From the NCBI GenBank assembly GCA_963827235.1, contig CAWHAE010000012.1, positions 1,248,001 to 1,312,000 on the forward strand: DNA of 64,000 bases, written 5' to 3'. The notes under the pieces are model-generated. The model searched no databases. It was given only the letters and a program-made list of their open reading frames with translations, and was not told the origin of the DNA. Made by a program: the position numbers and the translations under genes. The number at the start of each line of letters is the position of its first letter. The first letter of the stretch is position 1. Shown here piece by piece: positions 48,769 to 58,532 of the stretch. Origin of the DNA: an uncultured bacterium. Lineage in GTDB: Bacteria; Chloroflexota; UBA5177; JANWHV01.

Positions 48769-50463
48769 ATGGGCTTGGACAGTCCTGCCGTCAGCGTTCA
48801 AAGGAGAGCTTGGGCAGTGCCACGATACGCGCCGGAGCCCGGCGCCCGCCTCCGCCAAACACTGCCGTTCGGGCTCGTCGCCTTCTGCCTGCTCTGGCGA
48901 TTGCCTACGTTGGGCGACCCGCCATGGCTCAATGACGAGGGCGTCTACGCCAACGTTGGAAAGGCGATTCTGCAGGGCGAGGCGTTGTACCGGCAGGTAT
49001 GGGAGAACAAGCCCCCGGCCATCTACCTGCTCTACGGCACCGCCCAGGCCGTGGCCGGCTCCGCGAACGTGCTCTTTGCCGTTCGCCTGCTCGCCCTGGC
49101 AGCGGCACTGATCGCCCAGACGGCGATATTCCGGCTGGTGCGTAGCCACGCCGGGTACTGGGCGGCCCTGCTCGGCACGGCGTGCGCGGGGGCGGCGCTC
49201 GACCTCCCACTGCTCGACGGCACGACCGCCAACGCCGAGATATACCTGATCGCTGCCACCACACCTGCCATGGCTACACTGTGGAAGACCTTCTCCCGGG
49301 CCGGCGCGGCACCGGCGCGCCGGGTCGATGCCGCGCCAATTGCCGCGGCCGGCGTGGCGTTCGGCGTCGCCATCCTCTTCAAGCTGGTCGCGGGCACCGA
49401 TCTTGTCGCCGCCCTTGCCGTCGTCGCGCTCGCCTGTCCCGCAGAGCGACGACTGCGTGCCGGTTGCATTCTGCTCGCCGGTACCGCCCTGCCTATTGCC
49501 GCCGCCTTGCTCTGGCTGGCCGGCCGCGGCCTGCTCGGCGACGCGCTGTACGCCACCGTCGGGTACAACGAGGGCTACGTCTCCACCGGCCAGAGCATGC
49601 ACGCGCCCCTGGTCAGCATCGGGCTGCTTGCCGCCCCGCTCATGCTGCTGCTCCTCGGCATCTGGGTGCTGCGCCGGACGGCTGCCCGGCGCACCTGGCA
49701 GGCCGCAGCTCCCGCGTTGTCCACGAACACGATCCCGCCTGGCGCGTTCGCCGCCGGCTCGCTGTGGTGGCTTGGCCTGGCCCTGCTCGGCGCCCTGGCG
49801 AGCGGCCGTTCGTACCTCCACTACTACCTGCAGGCCGTGCCGCCCGCCGCGATTTGCCTGGCGCTGCTCGCCGGCGGCATCGGCGCGAGCCGCGAGCGCC
49901 TGGCTCGCCGGTTGCTCGCCGGTGTCTTTGCAACCTGGATCGTCGCCATCCCAGCGATATCCGTACAGGCAGTGAGCGCCACGCGCCCCACCGACCCACT
50001 CGCCAATCGCATATACGGATACTACGGCTATGCCTGGCAGCATCTGACAGGGGCCATCAGCGACAGCGAGCTCGGAGATCGCATGGACGCCCGCGTCGAG
50101 CGCAACGTGGCCACCGCGAGATACCTGCGCGGCCACCCTGCCCTACCTCGGCGCCTCTATGTGTGGGGAAACGCACCATGGATCTACTACCTCTCCGGCT
50201 ACGAGCATGCGACGCGGTACTTCTCGGCGTACTACAGACCGCCCATTCCGGGCGGCATGGATCAGGTCGCCGCCGGCCTGCGAGCCGATCCGCCGCCCTA
50301 CATCGTGGTCATCGAGCCCGAGCTACCCACCTCGGCCTCCCTCGAAGCCCTCCTGCGCAGCCGTTACCATGTCGTGTGGCGATACCGCCAGGCGGTGGTC
50401 TTCCGGCTGCGCACGACGGTCCGGCGCCCGAATGCGCACGGCAGTGAGACCAAGGCCCCGTGA
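48769..50463 (+). CDS. GT-C (PMT/ArnT-like) glycosyltransferase
   Basis: NDEGVY...G..LY..VWENKPPAIY, ANAE, FK, YLHYYLQ, LYVWGN.P.IYY, PPYIV. Confidence 0.85.
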   Translation: MGLDSPAVSVQRRAWAVPRYAPEPGARLRQTLPFGLVAFCLLWRLPTLGDPPWLNDEGVYANVGKAILQGEALYRQVWENKPPAIYLLYGTAQAVAGSANVLFAVRLLALAAALIAQTAIFRLVRSHAGYWAALLGTACAGAALDLPLLDGTTANAEIYLIAATTPAMATLWKTFSRAGAAPARRVDAAPIAAAGVAFGVAILFKLVAGTDLVAALAVVALACPAERRLRAGCILLAGTALPIAAALLWLAGRGLLGDALYATVGYNEGYVSTGQSMHAPLVSIGLLAAPLMLLLLGIWVLRRTAARRTWQAAAPALSTNTIPPGAFAAGSLWWLGLALLGALASGRSYLHYYLQAVPPAAICLALLAGGIGASRERLARRLLAGVFATWIVAIPAISVQAVSATRPTDPLANRIYGYYGYAWQHLTGAISDSELGDRMDARVERNVATARYLRGHPALPRRLYVWGNAPWIYYLSGYEHATRYFSAYYRPPIPGGMDQVAAGLRADPPPYIVVIEPELPTSASLEALLRSRYHVVWRYRQAVVFRLRTTVRRPNAHGSETKAP

Positions 50464-50469
50464 GCTCGC

Positions 50470-51687
50470 CTAGATCTGCTTGAGGTCCAGCACCAGGATC
50501 TTGCCCGGCACCAGCCGGGCCGGTGGGCTGCCGGTCGAGAAAGGCAGATGCTGCCTGATACCGTCCGGTACCCAGCCCCACGGATTGGTTGCCGGCACTC
50601 GACCGCCGCTATCAACCACCACCGCATGGCCGGCCTGCGCGTCGACGAAGACCGCGCTCGGCCGCAGGCCGACCTGGAGCGTCCGCAGCACCGCGCCTGT
50701 TCGTGCATCCATGACCAGCAGCTTGCCGCTCTGCTGGTTGGCGGCACCCGCGATGCCTCTGACCCCTCCGCTCACCATCAACAGATGCCCGCGAGCGGCA
50801 TCGACTGCGAGTCCGGCCATTCCCTGGCCCACCGCGATTCGCTGCTGTATCCGGCCGGTGCTCCCGTCGACCGAGAACAGCGTGCCCATATCGAGGGCGT
50901 ATACACGCCCGCTCGTCTCGTCGACGGCGAGGCGGCTGGCGGCAAAGAACTGCTGCTGCGCCGCATCGGACTGCAGTGACGTGGTCGTGATCGGCGTGCC
51001 GTCTCGCGCGTTGAGCGCGACGAGTGTGGCTCCGGCGGCCACGTAGACTCTGCCCAGCTTCTCGTCCACGGCCACTGACGGGGCGCTCTGCCCGAGGGAC
51101 AGGTGGATCGTGCGCAACAGGGCTCCGTCCGCAGCGTCGAGCACGCGTACCGTGCCGTCGCCATCGTCGACCACGAAGGCGCGCTTCGTGACCTCATCGA
51201 CGGCAACGGCGCGCGGGCTGGTGCCCACCGCCGTCCTGCTCTGGAACGCGCCGCTGCGCGAGTTCACCATGCGGACGTCGGCATTCGCCGTGGCAACGTA
51301 GGCCGTGCTGGTTTGCGCGTCGACCGCGACCGCCCTGGGTGCCGCACCCAGGCTGAGCGTGCTCACCGGCGAATGGCCTCGCGTATCCACCACCGTCAGG
51401 GCCGCGGGCCTCGAGGCATAGCTCGACACGCTGCTGATCGAGCCGGCTCCGTAGTAGTAGTTGCTGCTGCCGCCGTAGAAGTACCCGAACCCCCCGAAGG
51501 GCCGATCGAGCACGTACAGACGCCCCGTACGCTGGTCCAGCGCACCGCCGCCTGGAAACGACTGCAAGGCGACTGTGGACAAAACGTAGCCGTCCGCAGT
51601 GCGGCCGAGAACCACTCGGCCTGCCTGCACGCCGGCCGCAACCATGAGCACCAACACTACTACGAGCACCCGCGCGCGCATGACCAT
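50470..51687 (-). CDS. Secreted YncE/YVTN-like beta-propeller
   Basis: N-terminal hydrophobic segment; repeats P.AVAVD...R.YV...V.VLDA..G..L.T..VG. Confidence 0.85.
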   Translation of the reverse strand: MVMRARVLVVVLVLMVAAGVQAGRVVLGRTADGYVLSTVALQSFPGGGALDQRTGRLYVLDRPFGGFGYFYGGSSNYYYGAGSISSVSSYASRPAALTVVDTRGHSPVSTLSLGAAPRAVAVDAQTSTAYVATANADVRMVNSRSGAFQSRTAVGTSPRAVAVDEVTKRAFVVDDGDGTVRVLDAADGALLRTIHLSLGQSAPSVAVDEKLGRVYVAAGATLVALNARDGTPITTTSLQSDAAQQQFFAASRLAVDETSGRVYALDMGTLFSVDGSTGRIQQRIAVGQGMAGLAVDAARGHLLMVSGGVRGIAGAANQQSGKLLVMDARTGAVLRTLQVGLRPSAVFVDAQAGHAVVVDSGGRVPATNPWGWVPDGIRQHLPFSTGSPPARLVPGKILVLDLKQI

Positions 51688-52346
51688 CCCTCCCGTCTCT
51701 AGAGCGCATCGTAGCGCGCTCACGCCTTAGATGGAACCCTTCGCGGACGCCAATACGCCCGCTTGCCGGCACCGCTGTGCCCGGACGGCTCTCATCCTCT
51801 CGAACCTTCGGCAGAGCGGCAAAGCGGGGTGCGGCAGACCCGGACCACGGCCGGAGAAGCTCGCTATCCACCGCCAAATCGCGAAGAACCGGGCAAAACC
51901 GGGGCCAAATAGCACATCAAAGGAGGCGGACGACCATGGCGCGAGCATGGGAGCACAATCGCGACAGTATTCGCGCAGACATGCTATGGTGGTGTTGGAC
52001 GAGCCGATCCCGGCGACGACGTTGTGTCGCTCGCGATACGTCGTCCCGGAGGCACCGCGCCACGGCGGCACGGGTATGGCGCCGCCGAGGTGAGAGATAT
52101 GACTTCCGTACGGACGACAGGCCGCCGGGCACGTGCCGCGGTGGATGAGACTGAGAGGTCGTAGCTGACCGGCCTGTGCCGGCGATCGAGAACGAACGAT
52201 CGGAGCGCATGGTCGACCTCTTGTGGAGGTGCAGTCTACATCGTCGTCCGGCGTATTCGCAGCAATCGCTAGTATGAATCAGCAGACGCCCGCTCCGCGC
52301 GAGAGCCTCGCGCGCTTGCCGGCACTACCTTGGGAGGTACCATCCA

Positions 52347-52805
52347 ATGACAGAAGAGTTTGGCGAGGCCACCATTGCCGTGCCGCCTTCGCTGCTCGAT
52401 CAGCTTCACGCGGTCGCCAGGCAGGAAGGGTTGACGACGGCGAACGCCGCCGCTGCCGCCATCCATGAGTGGCTGGACCGTCACGCTCGTCCATGGGAGC
52501 CCGAACTGCGGCCGAAGCAGCCGCTTCGTTTCGATGGCCGTGACGGCCGTTATCACGGAAAGCAGAGCGACGGCACGTCGATCGTGATCGATGCGGACGC
52601 CTACGCCGAGGTGCTTCGGCAGCACGAGCGAGACGGCATGGGGCGGGACCAGGCGGAGCTGGTGACGGCCGACGCGGATAGCTGGGCGCCGGATATGAAA
52701 GGCTGGATCGACTCCTATCCGCCCAAGCGGAGCAGCGCAGGAGCATTCGCCTCCCGCTGGGCGGCGCCCAGCCTGGCCGGCCTGGGCGTGATGCGCACCG
52801 GCTAG
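52347..52805 (+). CDS. Hypothetical protein with an N-terminal ribbon-helix-helix-like motif
   Basis: GGGAGG RBS; TIAVPPSLLDQLHAVARQEG.T.....AAAIHEWL resembles CopG/RHH; C-terminal part unrecognised. Confidence 0.65.
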   Translation: MTEEFGEATIAVPPSLLDQLHAVARQEGLTTANAAAAAIHEWLDRHARPWEPELRPKQPLRFDGRDGRYHGKQSDGTSIVIDADAYAEVLRQHERDGMGRDQAELVTADADSWAPDMKGWIDSYPPKRSSAGAFASRWAAPSLAGLGVMRTG

Positions 52806-52977
52806 GTCTTTTTCGAACCGCAGCCGCGGCCGGGGGTGCCGCGGCCGGGCCTCATGGGCAGGAACCATAGATACTGCCGGAGAACGCCGCCTTTGCCGTC
52901 CGTATTGCTGGGGTCGTAGACTAGCAGATATGGACTCCCACCATCGTGTGGCGGAATAGCGAAGGCAGTTGAAGCAC

Positions 52978-53508
52978 ATGGATATCCAGAATCCCGTCAT
53001 AGAAAGCATACTCAGCCGGCGCAGCATCCGTTCCTTCACCGGCGAGCAGGTGAAGGAAGAGGCCCTGCTCGCGATCGCGCGGGCCGGACTGGCTGCGCCT
53101 TCCGCCACCAACGCGCGACCCCGTGCCCTGGTCCTGGTGCGCCGCCGCGATTTGCTCGATCGTCTGTACGAGACCCTCCCGTACGCGAAAATGCTCTCGA
53201 AGGCCGCGGCGGCGTTCGTCGTCTGCGGTCTGCCCGCGAAGAACACTGACAGCGCGCCGCGGTTCTGGACCGTCGATTGCGCGGCGACCACCGAGAATAT
53301 CCTGCTGGCAGCCAATAGCCTGGGTCTCGGCGCGGTCTGGACGGCGGTGCACCCAATGGAACCGCTCGTGCGCGCGGTGCGCGAGATATTGGCTCTCCCC
53401 AAGGACGTGATCCCGCTGAACGTGGTACCGGTCGGCGTGCCGGCGGCAAAGCCCGAGCATCGCGCGCTGGATTCGCTCGACGAGTACCTGCACCTGGAGA
53501 CCTGGTAG
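52978..53508 (+). CDS. Nitroreductase family protein
   Basis: ILSRRSIRSF, AAPSA.N.RP, DCAATTENILLAA..LGLGAVW, VGVP. Confidence 0.93.
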   Translation: MDIQNPVIESILSRRSIRSFTGEQVKEEALLAIARAGLAAPSATNARPRALVLVRRRDLLDRLYETLPYAKMLSKAAAAFVVCGLPAKNTDSAPRFWTVDCAATTENILLAANSLGLGAVWTAVHPMEPLVRAVREILALPKDVIPLNVVPVGVPAAKPEHRALDSLDEYLHLETW

Positions 53509-53770
53509 CTTCGGGCACATTTCCCGAATGTGCCGCTCCGCCGGCCGGAGCCGCCGTGCCCCGGCGCGCGCTGCCTGAGAATAGACCACGGCTTCTCCCT
53601 CGTGGCCGGTGCATGCCTCGCGTGCAGGGCTGTTCACCTCTTGAAACGGACCATGGAACAGCCCTGCGGCGTGTGCCGCGAGCGTCTCGAGAGACACGCG
53701 TTACCCGGGTTCGTAGCCTGCGACCGCGGACCCACTTCTTGCCCGCCTCTCAGCCATCCCTCTTCGATTT

Positions 53771-53811
53771 CTTAGGTCTTCCTTACGCAGTCCTTAGGAG
53801 CCGTCCCTAGG
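53771..53811 (+). promoter_or_regulatory. Tandem direct repeats, candidate OmpR/PhoB-family response-regulator boxes
   Basis: CTTAGG (53771), CTTACG (53782), CTTAGG (53793), CCTAGG (53806): 11-, 11- and 13-nt spacing, upstream of the YkcB-like GT39. Confidence 0.6.
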
Positions 53812-53985
53812 ATGAAATCATGAGACGGTTCTGCTCCGACTCATCCCATTCAGGACGGCGGTCCCGGCGCCTCGCCGGTCGTTCTCTTCCACGCGCCGGT
53901 CGGGGCGCCGGGACTGTGGACCCGTCGATGGGGACCGCGAGACTCCGAGTCCGGTCCATGCGAGAAAGCTAGAGGTCGTACATAC

Positions 53986-56295
53986 ATGGCAGTTACAGTC
54001 CACGAGCGGTCGTTCTTGCCGCTTCTCGACGCGCGCATTGCGGCGCGAAGCCGGGTGAGAGCCCTCTGGTGGCCCCACCTGGCATTGGTGCCGATCCTCG
54101 TGCTCTCGGGCATCCTTGAGTTCGCCGGATTGATGAGCGAGGGCTACGCCAACACCTACTATGCGGCAGCCGTCAAAAGCATGCTCACGAGCTGGCACAA
54201 CTTCTTCTACGCGTCCTTCGACGCCGGCGGCTTCGTCAGCGTCGACAAGTCGCCGCTCGGACTCTGGGTGCAGGCGGCGAGCGCGAAGCTGCTGGGATTC
54301 AGCGGCCTCAGCTTACTGCTGCCGGAAGCACTTGCCGGAGTTGCCTCCGTTGCCCTGCTCTATCACCTTGTATCACGTGCTTACGGCCCGGTCGCCGGCC
54401 TGGTGGCCGCGCTCGCACTGGCCGTGACGCCGATCTCGGCGGTGACCGAGCGCAACAACACGTCGGACAGCCTGCTCATACTGGTACTGCTATTCGGCGT
54501 CTACGCGGTCAGCCGTGCCGCGGATACAGGACGGCTCCGCCTCCTGCTCCTGTCCGCGCTGCTGATCGGACTCGGATTCAACATCAAGATGATGCAGGCC
54601 TACCTCGTCGTGCCTGCCTTCGGCCTGGCCTATTACCTGGGAGCACCGCTCCGGCGCCGGGTTCGCGTCGCGCATCTCCTCACGGCTGCGCTGGTCGTGT
54701 TAGCCGTCTCGCTTGCCTGGCTGATTGCCGTCGACCTGACGCCGGCAGCCGACAGGCCGTACGTAAGTGACAGCGGCACCAATTCCGCGCTGAGCCTTGC
54801 CCTGGGCTACAACGGCCTGGGCCGGGTAACCCAGGCGCTGTTCTCCGGCCTCTCGAGCGTGCATCTCTTTGGCATCAGCATCGACCTCACGTTGGTGCCC
54901 GCTTTCGCCGCGGACATAGGTAATCCCAGTCTCCTGCGGCTGGTGAGCCCGGTGCTGGCGGAGCAGGTGAGCTGGCTCCTGCCGCTTGCCCTGATCGGCC
55001 TGATTGGCGCATTGATCGAGCTTCCGAAGCACCTGCCGCTCGACCGTCGAGGCAAAGCGCTGGTTATCTGGGGCGGCTGGCTGGCCGGGGCGGGCGCGTT
55101 CTTCAGCACGGGCCGCTTCTACCACCTGTACTACCTGGTCATGCTCTCGCCTGCCATCGCCGCCCTGGCCGGCATCGGCGTAGTCTCGCTGTGGCGGCTC
55201 TACGTGCGAGCCGGCAGCTCCGCCGGATGGCCGGCACGGGCGCAAGGGCTGCTGCTGCCCGCGGCGCTCCTCGCCACGGCGTACGTGCAGGTGCAGATTC
55301 TGCAGGCGTATTCGGACTGGGGAAGCTGGCTGCTGCCGATCGCCGTCGCCGTGCCAATGACCGCTTCCCTGGTGCTGATCGCCGGTCTCCTGCGTATTCA
55401 GGTTCGCCTGGCCGAGGAGATCGTCGTGGGTGCCGGCAAACGGGTTGCCGCCGGCGCACTGGTGCTCGCCGCGGTCGCCTTGCTGCTCTCCCCCGGCGTG
55501 TGGTCGGCAAAGTCGGTAGCGGCAGGCAACGGCAGCGCATGGCTGCCCCAGGCCGGGCCGAGCCAGGGCGCGGGCGGCGGCTTCGGCGGCGGGGCAGGCG
55601 GTGGGCCGCGCGGCGGCTCCGGCAACAGGCCCAACGGTTTCGGCGCGGGTGCCGCCCCGACCAACGGCCAGAGCGGCAGTCAGGGATCGCAGCCCGGCGG
55701 CAGGATGCAAACCGGGAGCAGCCTGCCCGGCGGCGCCGGTTCTCGGGGTGAGCGCATGGGTTTCGGCAGCCAGGGCGTCGGCGGCGCAGGCGGAGGAATA
55801 CTGACGTTCAGCGGCAGCAACGCGCAGACGCTGGACAGCAAGCTCATCTCGTACCTGCTGGCCAATCAGCAAGGCGCCAAGTTCCTGGTGGCCACCACTA
55901 CTTCTTCGTACGCGAGCCTGTTCATCTTGCAGACCAACCAGACCGCCATGGCCCTGGGCGGCTACCAGGGATGGGATCGCATCGTGACGCCGAGCCAGCT
56001 CGCCAAGCTCGTCGCCAACAACACTGTCCGCTACTTCTATATCTCGGCCGGCCAGTCCACTGGCACCAGCGCAGCTTCCGGCGGCCGGTCATCGAGCACC
56101 ACGGCGGCGGCCGATAATCTGTTGGGTCCTGGTGCGGCCACGACGGTGGGCAGCGGCACCGATCAGACCACGGACCTCACCCAGTGGGTGCGCGCGCATT
56201 GCAGCGCCGTCTCGTCTTCTCTCTGGTCAAGCTCGTCCTCGGGCAATGGCCAGATGCAGCTCTATAACTGCGCGAGCCTCGTCAAGGCTCGCTAA
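53986..56295 (+). CDS. Glycosyltransferase family 39, YkcB-like, with Gly-rich insert
   Basis: YANTYYAAAVKSM..SWHNFFY..FD.GGFVSVDK.P, RNN..D, GFNIKM.QAY, RPYV....NS...L.LGYNG.GR, H.YY..ML.P, AMALGG. Confidence 0.92.
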   Translation: MAVTVHERSFLPLLDARIAARSRVRALWWPHLALVPILVLSGILEFAGLMSEGYANTYYAAAVKSMLTSWHNFFYASFDAGGFVSVDKSPLGLWVQAASAKLLGFSGLSLLLPEALAGVASVALLYHLVSRAYGPVAGLVAALALAVTPISAVTERNNTSDSLLILVLLFGVYAVSRAADTGRLRLLLLSALLIGLGFNIKMMQAYLVVPAFGLAYYLGAPLRRRVRVAHLLTAALVVLAVSLAWLIAVDLTPAADRPYVSDSGTNSALSLALGYNGLGRVTQALFSGLSSVHLFGISIDLTLVPAFAADIGNPSLLRLVSPVLAEQVSWLLPLALIGLIGALIELPKHLPLDRRGKALVIWGGWLAGAGAFFSTGRFYHLYYLVMLSPAIAALAGIGVVSLWRLYVRAGSSAGWPARAQGLLLPAALLATAYVQVQILQAYSDWGSWLLPIAVAVPMTASLVLIAGLLRIQVRLAEEIVVGAGKRVAAGALVLAAVALLLSPGVWSAKSVAAGNGSAWLPQAGPSQGAGGGFGGGAGGGPRGGSGNRPNGFGAGAAPTNGQSGSQGSQPGGRMQTGSSLPGGAGSRGERMGFGSQGVGGAGGGILTFSGSNAQTLDSKLISYLLANQQGAKFLVATTTSSYASLFILQTNQTAMALGGYQGWDRIVTPSQLAKLVANNTVRYFYISAGQSTGTSAASGGRSSSTTAAADNLLGPGAATTVGSGTDQTTDLTQWVRAHCSAVSSSLWSSSSSGNGQMQLYNCASLVKAR

Positions 56296-56302
56296 CAACC
56301 GG

Positions 56303-56344
56303 CGGGATCGGAGCTCCCTGCGCTCGCCGGGAGCTCCGATCCCG
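56303..56344 (+). terminator. Hairpin directly after the GT39 stop
   Basis: CGGGATCGGAGCTCCC / GGGAGCTCCGATCCCG, perfect 16-bp stem. Confidence 0.6.
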
Positions 56345-56367
56345 GAATTCAGCAAGGAGAGACACGC

Positions 56368-56586
56368 ATGATTGCCAGCGACCATATCACATCGATCAAG
56401 TCATCGCAGGTCGTCGTCGCCTACCGCCGGCTGTATGTGAGCGGAAGCCTTTCCAGCGCCAAGCCTATTCCCCACGACGAGGCCCAGCGAACACGCGCGT
56501 TCAGTACCGGCCGCTCATGGATCGCCGGCGACCCGCATGCGGCCACGCGGACACGTGCCGGGATGTACCCCGACAAGGATTTGTGA
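56368..56586 (+). CDS. Possible small ORF or gene remnant
   Basis: AAGGAGAG RBS 6 nt before ATG; no recognisable motif. Confidence 0.3.
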   Translation: MIASDHITSIKSSQVVVAYRRLYVSGSLSSAKPIPHDEAQRTRAFSTGRSWIAGDPHAATRTRAGMYPDKDL

Positions 56587-56688
56587 TGACTGGCACGCGT
56601 GCCGGATGGGGCTCGACCAGGTGCCGTTGGAGCGTGTGCTATGCTCCGGGCCGCCGAGCCTCGGAGGCTCGCACAGCCCATTGTCTAC

Positions 56689-58188
56689 TCAGAACAGGTC
56701 AAACATTGGGTGGACAATGTACATGTCCAGCGCCCTGTCAATCATGGCGCGCAGGAGAGGATGAGCGTTCAGTGACTTCTGTGGCGCCGCGTCAAGCGAT
56801 GCCGCCGCGGCCAGAGCGAGGTCGCGCGGATCGTTGTCGTGCTGGCGATCGAGCAGCCAGGCCTGCCGGCGCAGGCGCCCGCGCAACACTTCCCGTGCCG
56901 ACTCGCCAAACACGGCAGGCACGATCTGGGAATACTCCGACTTCGACAGGCCCCTCCTGTTGCGCGTGGGCCAGAAATCCAGCGAGTCTACGACCTCGTC
57001 CAGATCGGCAAACCAGGGCGAGAAGGCAGGATGATCCAGAAGCTGTGCCGATCGCGCCACGAGATCGCGGCGTTGCGCGTACGGAGCGTCGTCAAGCTCC
57101 GGCAGTATCGTCTCCTCGTCCGCCGGGGCCGGGAATCGATCGTGGAAGTACGGTTCCCAGAGCTCGTAGTGCAGCGGCAGCTTCTGTCCTTTTCCTACCA
57201 CCGCCTCCCCTGCCGCGAGCGCGCCACGAGCCGCCGGCAGCTCTACGTCGACCAAGAGCGGCGGCTCCGGCATGAGATCGAGCGACTCATCGATGAGATC
57301 GGGCTGCCACTCCCGAAACGTGCCAAGGACATCGCGAATGCCGTCGGCATCGTTCAAATACACCATGACGCTGAGGAGCTGATCCGGTGCCCACTTGCGC
57401 GTCAACACGAGCAGCTGTGAGCCCTCCCCGTCCACCGAGCTCAGCTGTGCTCGCTCGAGCTCCGGTTGCGCCTGCTCGTCGGGTCCTGCCGCGGCGGAGG
57501 CGGGCCGCAGAACCTGGAAGCGCAGGCGGCGGGCCGCAGCGGAAGCCTCGTCCCGGACGGCGGCATTGCGTGATGAGCGCGCCACGCGCTCGAGCGCCCC
57601 GATAGCTCCCGAGTCCGTGCGATTGACCAGCGCCGACACGCAGGCCAGTTGCAGATTCGGATCGCCGTCCAGGTGAATCAGGCAGCGGAGGATCCACGGC
57701 AACGCCGGCACGTCTTGCGCCAGCCCTTGTTGTACAAACGCCATGCGCTCCCCGGGAGCGATGACCTGAAGGTAGGCCAGCACCTCTTGCAGGATCTCGC
57801 CATCCGCGACATGCCCGACCTGCGACTGCGACAGGGCCACGACGAGCGTCGCCAGGGGATCGTTGAGCGAGGCCAGGAACTCCCGGCGCGCCTTCGGCTG
57901 CGCCCGCACGCCCCAGCCGGCCCGCCGGCGCGCGCCCCAGCGCACGATGTCCTCCAGGGCCCGGTCGGCGGCGATGCGTTTCAAGAACGCGGGTGCGCGA
58001 CCGCCTGCCAGGCGTAGAATGAGCTCGAACGCCAGGCGAGGCTGCTTCACACGATCGGCGTGGAATCGCTCCACGATCAGGTCGGGTAGCCGCCGCCGGT
58101 GCTTCCAGAGCCGCTCGCTCAATCCTGCCAACCGGGCCGCGTCACCGCCGGCCATGGTCTCCTCGAACTCGTCCAGCAGAGCCTGCAT
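56689..58188 (-). CDS. Hypothetical protein with HEAT-like helical repeats
   Basis: Long ORF with normal codon usage; AIGALERVAR...VRDEASAA HEAT-like motif, then an alpha/beta domain (SSVDGEG.Q). Start uncertain (alternative ATG at 58305). Confidence 0.7.
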   Translation of the reverse strand: MQALLDEFEETMAGGDAARLAGLSERLWKHRRRLPDLIVERFHADRVKQPRLAFELILRLAGGRAPAFLKRIAADRALEDIVRWGARRRAGWGVRAQPKARREFLASLNDPLATLVVALSQSQVGHVADGEILQEVLAYLQVIAPGERMAFVQQGLAQDVPALPWILRCLIHLDGDPNLQLACVSALVNRTDSGAIGALERVARSSRNAAVRDEASAAARRLRFQVLRPASAAAGPDEQAQPELERAQLSSVDGEGSQLLVLTRKWAPDQLLSVMVYLNDADGIRDVLGTFREWQPDLIDESLDLMPEPPLLVDVELPAARGALAAGEAVVGKGQKLPLHYELWEPYFHDRFPAPADEETILPELDDAPYAQRRDLVARSAQLLDHPAFSPWFADLDEVVDSLDFWPTRNRRGLSKSEYSQIVPAVFGESAREVLRGRLRRQAWLLDRQHDNDPRDLALAAAASLDAAPQKSLNAHPLLRAMIDRALDMYIVHPMFDLF

Positions 58189-58532
58189 GGCCGTCGTCTG
58201 AGGGTCAACTTCCGGAGCCAGATGTAGCTTGCGCTCCTGCCGTCCCGTGCCTCCCTCGGTAGGATCCCTTGGTGCACGCACAATCGTCTCCCTCGCCGTT
58301 CGCATCCTATACTGAGCCAATGTAGCACCGTGCTGTCTTCGGCGTCCCAGCTGCGCCGGCAGGATGGCGCACCCGGCAAACCTCGCCGCAGCGGCGTCGC
58401 GGCGCGCACGCCCGCCGGTGCATGCCGCAGGAGAGCCGGGCGTGCCGCATCGGCGCGTTGACAGCGATCGTCGCCTTGTGCATGGTGGAAGCAGGCCGCG
58501 GAATTCTCGTGGCAGGGAAGGAGGCTCTGCTC

